Assembly (NCBI GenBank): GCA_002633005.1
Contig: NMRA01000961.1
Coordinates: 45,896 to 88,210, forward strand
Reading direction: 5' to 3'
DNA from: Phoronis australis
Lineage: Eukaryota; Animalia; Phoronida
DNA: 42,315 nucleotides
This document shows positions 37,726 to 42,315 of this stretch, piece after piece. The position numbers and the translations under genes are program-made. The first letter of the stretch is position 1; every line of letters begins with the position of its first letter. Below the pieces are notes generated by a model. That model did not search any database and was not told the origin of the DNA. It saw only the letters and a list, made by a program, of their open reading frames with translations.

Positions 37726-38957
37726 TGCCAACACTGTACTTATTTACTGGAGAACACCGCCTTAACCACAATGCAATATTCTGACCCGCCGTTGAAACTC
37801 CGCTATTCTAAGAAATCCCATTTAACTGAAAACGTCCCGATCCCTCAGAACGCTGTTAGACATGTTTGATTAGTGATCTACTTATCTTTTTCATGTCAAA
37901 CGAACTCGAATAACTTAAACCATTTTTGTAAAAATATCTATTTTTCTGTTTAACGGTAGCCAAAAGAATAGGCGTTTAAATCGAAAATCTTAATGAAGTT
38001 TTTGAGATTGTTGAATAAAGATTAAAATTGGAAAGTTTCAGTGAAATTCACAAAGCCGTTTTCGAGAACTCGAGATCCTAAATTCAAGTCTATTTGTCGA
38101 AGCCAAAAGAGGCGGAATACGTAGCTAGTCTTAAAAACCTGACCGTCATCCATTAACAGTTCAGTGAAATTTTGTATTTGGTCAATATAACCTATACATT
38201 CCTTAGCCATGCTCGCTATTTCAATTACAATGTCAAGTGAATTTATCACATGTTAAACGTTTAACTTTGATACGCAGGATTTCATTATCTCTAGTTCCTA
38301 GGCGAGAAAGTGGAGCAAGCAGCAAGTAAGACAAGATGCACACAGTGCACCGGAGAGGATGATATAAAAAATCATGTACCAAATTGACAATAGAAATCGG
38401 TGATTAAGGCCACGTGAGCACAAGATTGAAACAATAAAATGTCAAATTACCGACAAAACTAACGAATTTCGGTGGATTTATCTTTTTATACAAGTTGCTC
38501 TGTTCGTGAACATACATGTAAAGACAACCATGTGGTTCAGCGATTCGGACTCGGTGCAATTCGGCTTTCTAACAGTCGTATGCACGCAGACGCACAACAA
38601 CATCGAGATAAAAATTTAGCTTTCTGCGGCATCATTCCATGATGTGTGGACTGTTGACTTATAATGGCGACTGAATGAATGAACACTGAAGGTACATTCG
38701 GAACTGCTCTATTTCAGGAGTCGGCAGATTCCTTTAAAGTGACAGTTCCGTTAAATTTGACATCGGACAAGTAGTAAACACATTTCCACGCTATTGGAAG
38801 TGGCTGCACTCAATCTCCTTTTTTTCCTATATGGCATATATTTCACTTTGAAGTTCCCTGAGAATAGAGATGAGATACTTTGCTAGGAAGATACGAAATA
38901 TTGTGAAAACGGCCAATTTTCGTGAATAAGGCCTGGGATATCGTCGTTAATATCAGA

Positions 38958-39193
38958 CTCGAATGGCCGATACAACCGTGTAATAACCCATTAATTATCT
39001 AACGGGTTGAGATAACATTTTGTTGGGAAATCCAGGCCAGTTTTGAACCCGGTACACAACAGTTTCAGGCGTCGACTTGACCACTGCACCACTCAAATGC
39101 CGACGTCATCGAACGTGAAAATATAACGTGCAACAATCACATGTTCAACAAATGGCATTGTACCGACATTTATACGCTATGAAAAATAAGACG
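38958..39193 (-). repeat. Dispersed repeat B copy 2
   Basis: Shares AATAACCCATT, ACCACTGCA, GACGTCAT, ACGTGCAACAATC.CATGTTCAACAAA.GGCATTGTACCGACA.TTATACGCT and AATAAGAC with 31535-31790. Confidence 0.7.
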
Positions 39194-40243
39194 CATAACT
39201 TCCATAAAAACGATATTTCAGTTAAAGCGAAATTTTCTCTCATTTTCTCTCACTTGTAAATCACCAATCTCCAATTTGAATGCGGGTGTCGTTTCGTCGG
39301 GATCCTTTGACTTGAGCGTTATACTCAGTAGCCAGTGGTAACCTGCTTTAGCAGACGATATTTTCCTGGTCGAAGGTTAGCGTGATAAAATGTGGAATAA
39401 ACTATAATAGATTCTAAACCTTATTTTATAGTTTCAATTTAATTTTTTGTTTAATTTTCAATTGGTTTTGCGTAAAAGCATTTTTTGACAAAAATAGCTC
39501 GGCTTTTCTTAAAAGGTTACGAACTCCGACCCCGGGGACACTGACATAAAAAGTAGTTACAAAGCCGAGGCGAGTCGACAAATGTAGATCGATTCATTGC
39601 AATGATTCTCGTTCAATATGTTGTATGAATAGATTACTACATGTTCTCAGATTCACGGGGTACGTTCAGAGTCTTAGGTTTTTTGTTTCTCTGAGTCGGA
39701 ACTTTTTGCCCACTCTGCCAATTGTTGAGTACGACGAACCTCCCCGAGCATCCCCACGGGTACGCGTAAGCTACCAGTACTGTGCTCACTTTAACGTTAC
39801 CTTGATCAGCTGGATCTTTTTAATTGCTTACGTGATGTCTTTCAAGTTTCCTGACACCAGTAAATGTCTATAACACCGACTGTCGGTGGTAGGTTTTGTT
39901 CTGTTTTGTCACAAAAACTTCTCGGAAATGAGGCTTTCCTTGAACTCAAATTTGACGCACTTAATTGTAAAATCTGAGTTGACTTGGGAGTCAGGTCGTG
40001 ACTGTAAATTCCAGAAGCTAGTGCTCTTACTACTGTTATGGTTCCTGATCTGTCTGTGTTAATTTGATATATTTCACTAATGGCCAACCTCAGCGTCTGT
40101 TTACTTACTATATCTAATTAACACATACTGTAAAGTTGCTGATTGTATATATAATTGTCCAAACCCCGTGAGTAAAAGGCGAAACGCCACTCAAGGGATA
40201 TATGACACGACAATTGGCTGTAAACAGTAATTACACAGATAGC

Positions 40244-40320
40244 GGATCCTCTATAGCTTAGTGGTAAGATCACTAGACCGGCAATCCAGAGACCTGAGGT
40301 TCGATTCCCAGTTGGGTTCA
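40244..40320 (+). pseudogene. tRNA-derived sequence (pseudo-tRNA or repeat head)
   Basis: A box TAGCTTAGTGG and B box GGTTCGATTCC at tRNA spacing, with anticodon-like arm CTAGA-CCGGCAA-TCCAG. The acceptor and T stems pair poorly and U33 is missing. Confidence 0.65.
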
Positions 40321-41669
40321 TGATATTTTGTATTTATTTGATGTATTTCACTACTGAGCAACCTCAGCATCTATATATTTACCCCATCATTTGACCGGAG
40401 ATAACTAGTTGTTGTCAAAATTAAAAAATCGCCACTATTCTGCATAAAAAGTGCTTATTTTATGGCATCATTTCACAAGTAATTGAACCGCCATGGCGGG
40501 ATAGATAGATGACTGTGCGACGGTAAACATAATTAAAACTATCAGCTAGCTTATTCTTTTATTATGCAAGTAAACTACAATCAATCAATAGAATCAACAC
40601 ACGGTGATCAAATTAAATGTCAATAGCTTCTAAAACTGCACTGTTCAACCAATCATGTTGAACTAATTTATTCGAGGAGTACCACATTATCAGACAAACT
40701 GTGATATTCGATAAACAGCTGGCTGCAGAAAACGTTTTTGTTGAGAAGACAAACTGACTATATTCAACGTTAATGACGAAACTCAAGCAATAGATGAGGT
40801 GGTTCGGTGGGCGAGAGCTGACTTCTAAGTTTCACTGGCAATCATAATCTGCCATGTTGGCACTTCAAGCTTAAAAATTAAACCAACTAACTAGGCTTAA
40901 ACAAAACCAAGTAGACAGTAAAATTACGAAAATTGTAATAAAACAATTACAACCTGCGGCATTTAGGAAATGAGTCTTCGTCAAGATATACATGTACCCA
41001 AGTTGCCGTTTTAACTGATATTGTTTTTAATGTATCAAATCAAACCGTGCTTTCGAAATTTTAGGCTTTAATTTTGTTAATGCCAGAGAAAACCAACTTC
41101 GGTGTAATAATAAACAACAGGGATAAGAAAGTAGTGCCAGCAGTTGACCTTCAATTTCATGAGATTAGACATGCATGAATACACAGGGCCTGATCCTTTA
41201 CATTGCACGAGACAGTAAATACATCACATGCACTAGATCTCGGGTTAGTCAGTTGAGTTTAACTGGTTTGAGTTGAACATGCAGCTGTTTTGAGTTAAGT
41301 TTGAGTTGAGTCGTGTTGCAGCTACAGATTAAACAGAAAAACCATTGGTATAAACAGCTACATGTAGAGAGACAGTTCCTGAAATAGGCTGAATAGTTTA
41401 TCACGTGTCAGAGCATCGCAACACTGGTGGGAGCATAGAACAGACATGACATCGAAGGTTTTGTTTATGTTTAGCGTGAAAATTAATACGATCGATATTA
41501 GATTAGAAAAGTGATTATCTCAAACCAGTTTTCCGTCTATCGTCGCACCGAGGGCTATTAGAACCGATCGGCTGTAGCCTGCAACAGGGCCGCCACCCAT
41601 CCGCAGGGGGATTGTGACAAACGCGCATCACTCGGCGACAATAGGCAAGAACGTGTAACAAGTTCTCAC

Positions 41670-41927
41670 CTGATTCACTGGTATGACATGCTATCGAGGC
41701 TGAAACTACATCATCCCATCCTGCCTTGACTGTTGTTATCGTAACATTGTACTCAGTAAAAGAAGTCAAACCAGTGCAACGTTTGTTGGTAGTATAATTA
41801 TCTGCAATGAAGTGATGTTTTCCGCAAGACACTTTGTAGCTATCTTTATTTCCAGCTGCTGCGGTCCAATTGACATCAATTGTTTTCTCACCTCCAACCA
41901 GAGAGACAATAGTAGCTGCAGCCAGTT
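41670..41927 (-). CDS. Internal host exon encoding one fibronectin type III domain of a multi-exon extracellular/receptor protein
   Basis: tttctag|AACTG...GAATCAG|gtgaga, 258 nt, phase 1-1, open: LAAATIVSLVGGEKTIDVNWTAAAGNKDSYKVSC...CTGLTSFTEYNVTITTVKAG...ACHTSES. Carries the FN3 hallmarks W (strand B), Y (strand C) and GLxxxTxYxVxI. Confidence 0.85.
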
Positions 41928-42315
41928 CTAGAAAGGTAGTGGCATACCAACTGATATGTGTCCATGTCTAACCCTGTTAAAACTCAGGGTTTAGCGAAAC
42001 AATGTTTAAACGATTTCACGGTGTTTTGTCAGATTAGCAAATTGTCATCAGTGCAGCTGTGTGTCATAAGGCCACTCTTAATCATTCATCAAAATGAAAT
42101 GGTAACAAAAAAAACTGTTCGGTGCGGAAATCACTCTTCTTGCTTTGAGATGCAATTCCTTAAAATTAATTTACAGACGTTAACAGATCTGGTAAAAACA
42201 GAAACGTATTTTCCACCCAATTGTTACTATAATTAACTACAACTTTATTTCCTAATTTGATAATGTTTTCAGCAACTACAAATTGAAAGTACAGTGATTA
42301 TAGTTCAGGACACGA

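Larger units (their letters stand above)
31933..37804. mobile_element. Degenerate ISL2EU-like (Harbinger-related) DNA transposon, 5872 bp, with two convergent gene remnants
   Basis: at|AGCGGAGTTGCAAC ... GTTGAAACTCCGCT|at: a 14-bp TIR with 1 mismatch and AT flanks, enclosing SAP-SWIM-YqaJ (+) and THAP-HTH transposase (-) remnants. Confidence 0.75.

Noticed and set aside
38725-38752. Junction of two Kolobok-like termini (ATTCCT-TTAA-AGTGACAGTTCC)
   Set aside because: No matching partner TIRs could be located in the window.
40244-40320. Functional tRNA-Ala(GGC)
   Set aside because: Acceptor and T stems mispair and C replaces U33; treated as a tRNA-derived repeat.

Overview
AT-rich, non-prokaryotic DNA that looks like an animal (probably marine invertebrate) intronic or intergenic region packed with decayed transposons. 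No long intact ORF exists; most listed ORFs are noise or frameshifted TE remnants. Recognisable elements: an RTE-X-like LINE 3' end with an (ATT)n tail; a DIRS RT/RNase H remnant interrupted by a Harbinger-type MITE; two copies of an unclassified ~1.1 kb repeat; two inverted copies of a TTAA-flanked Kolobok-type non-autonomous element; a full-span decayed Ty3/Gypsy element with both LTRs and a solo LTR nested in its RT; an 18-bp minisatellite; an L1/Tx1 remnant; and a 5.9 kb TIR-bounded ISL2EU-like element with convergent THAP-HTH transposase and SAP-SWIM-YqaJ gene remnants plus a nested Penelope GIY-YIG fragment. There are also tRNA-derived repeats and one clean host exon encoding a fibronectin type III domain (minus strand). 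A tandem duplication around the single N is probably an assembly artefact. I found no convincing wholly new system. Family calls come from motif recognition by eye, not database searches.
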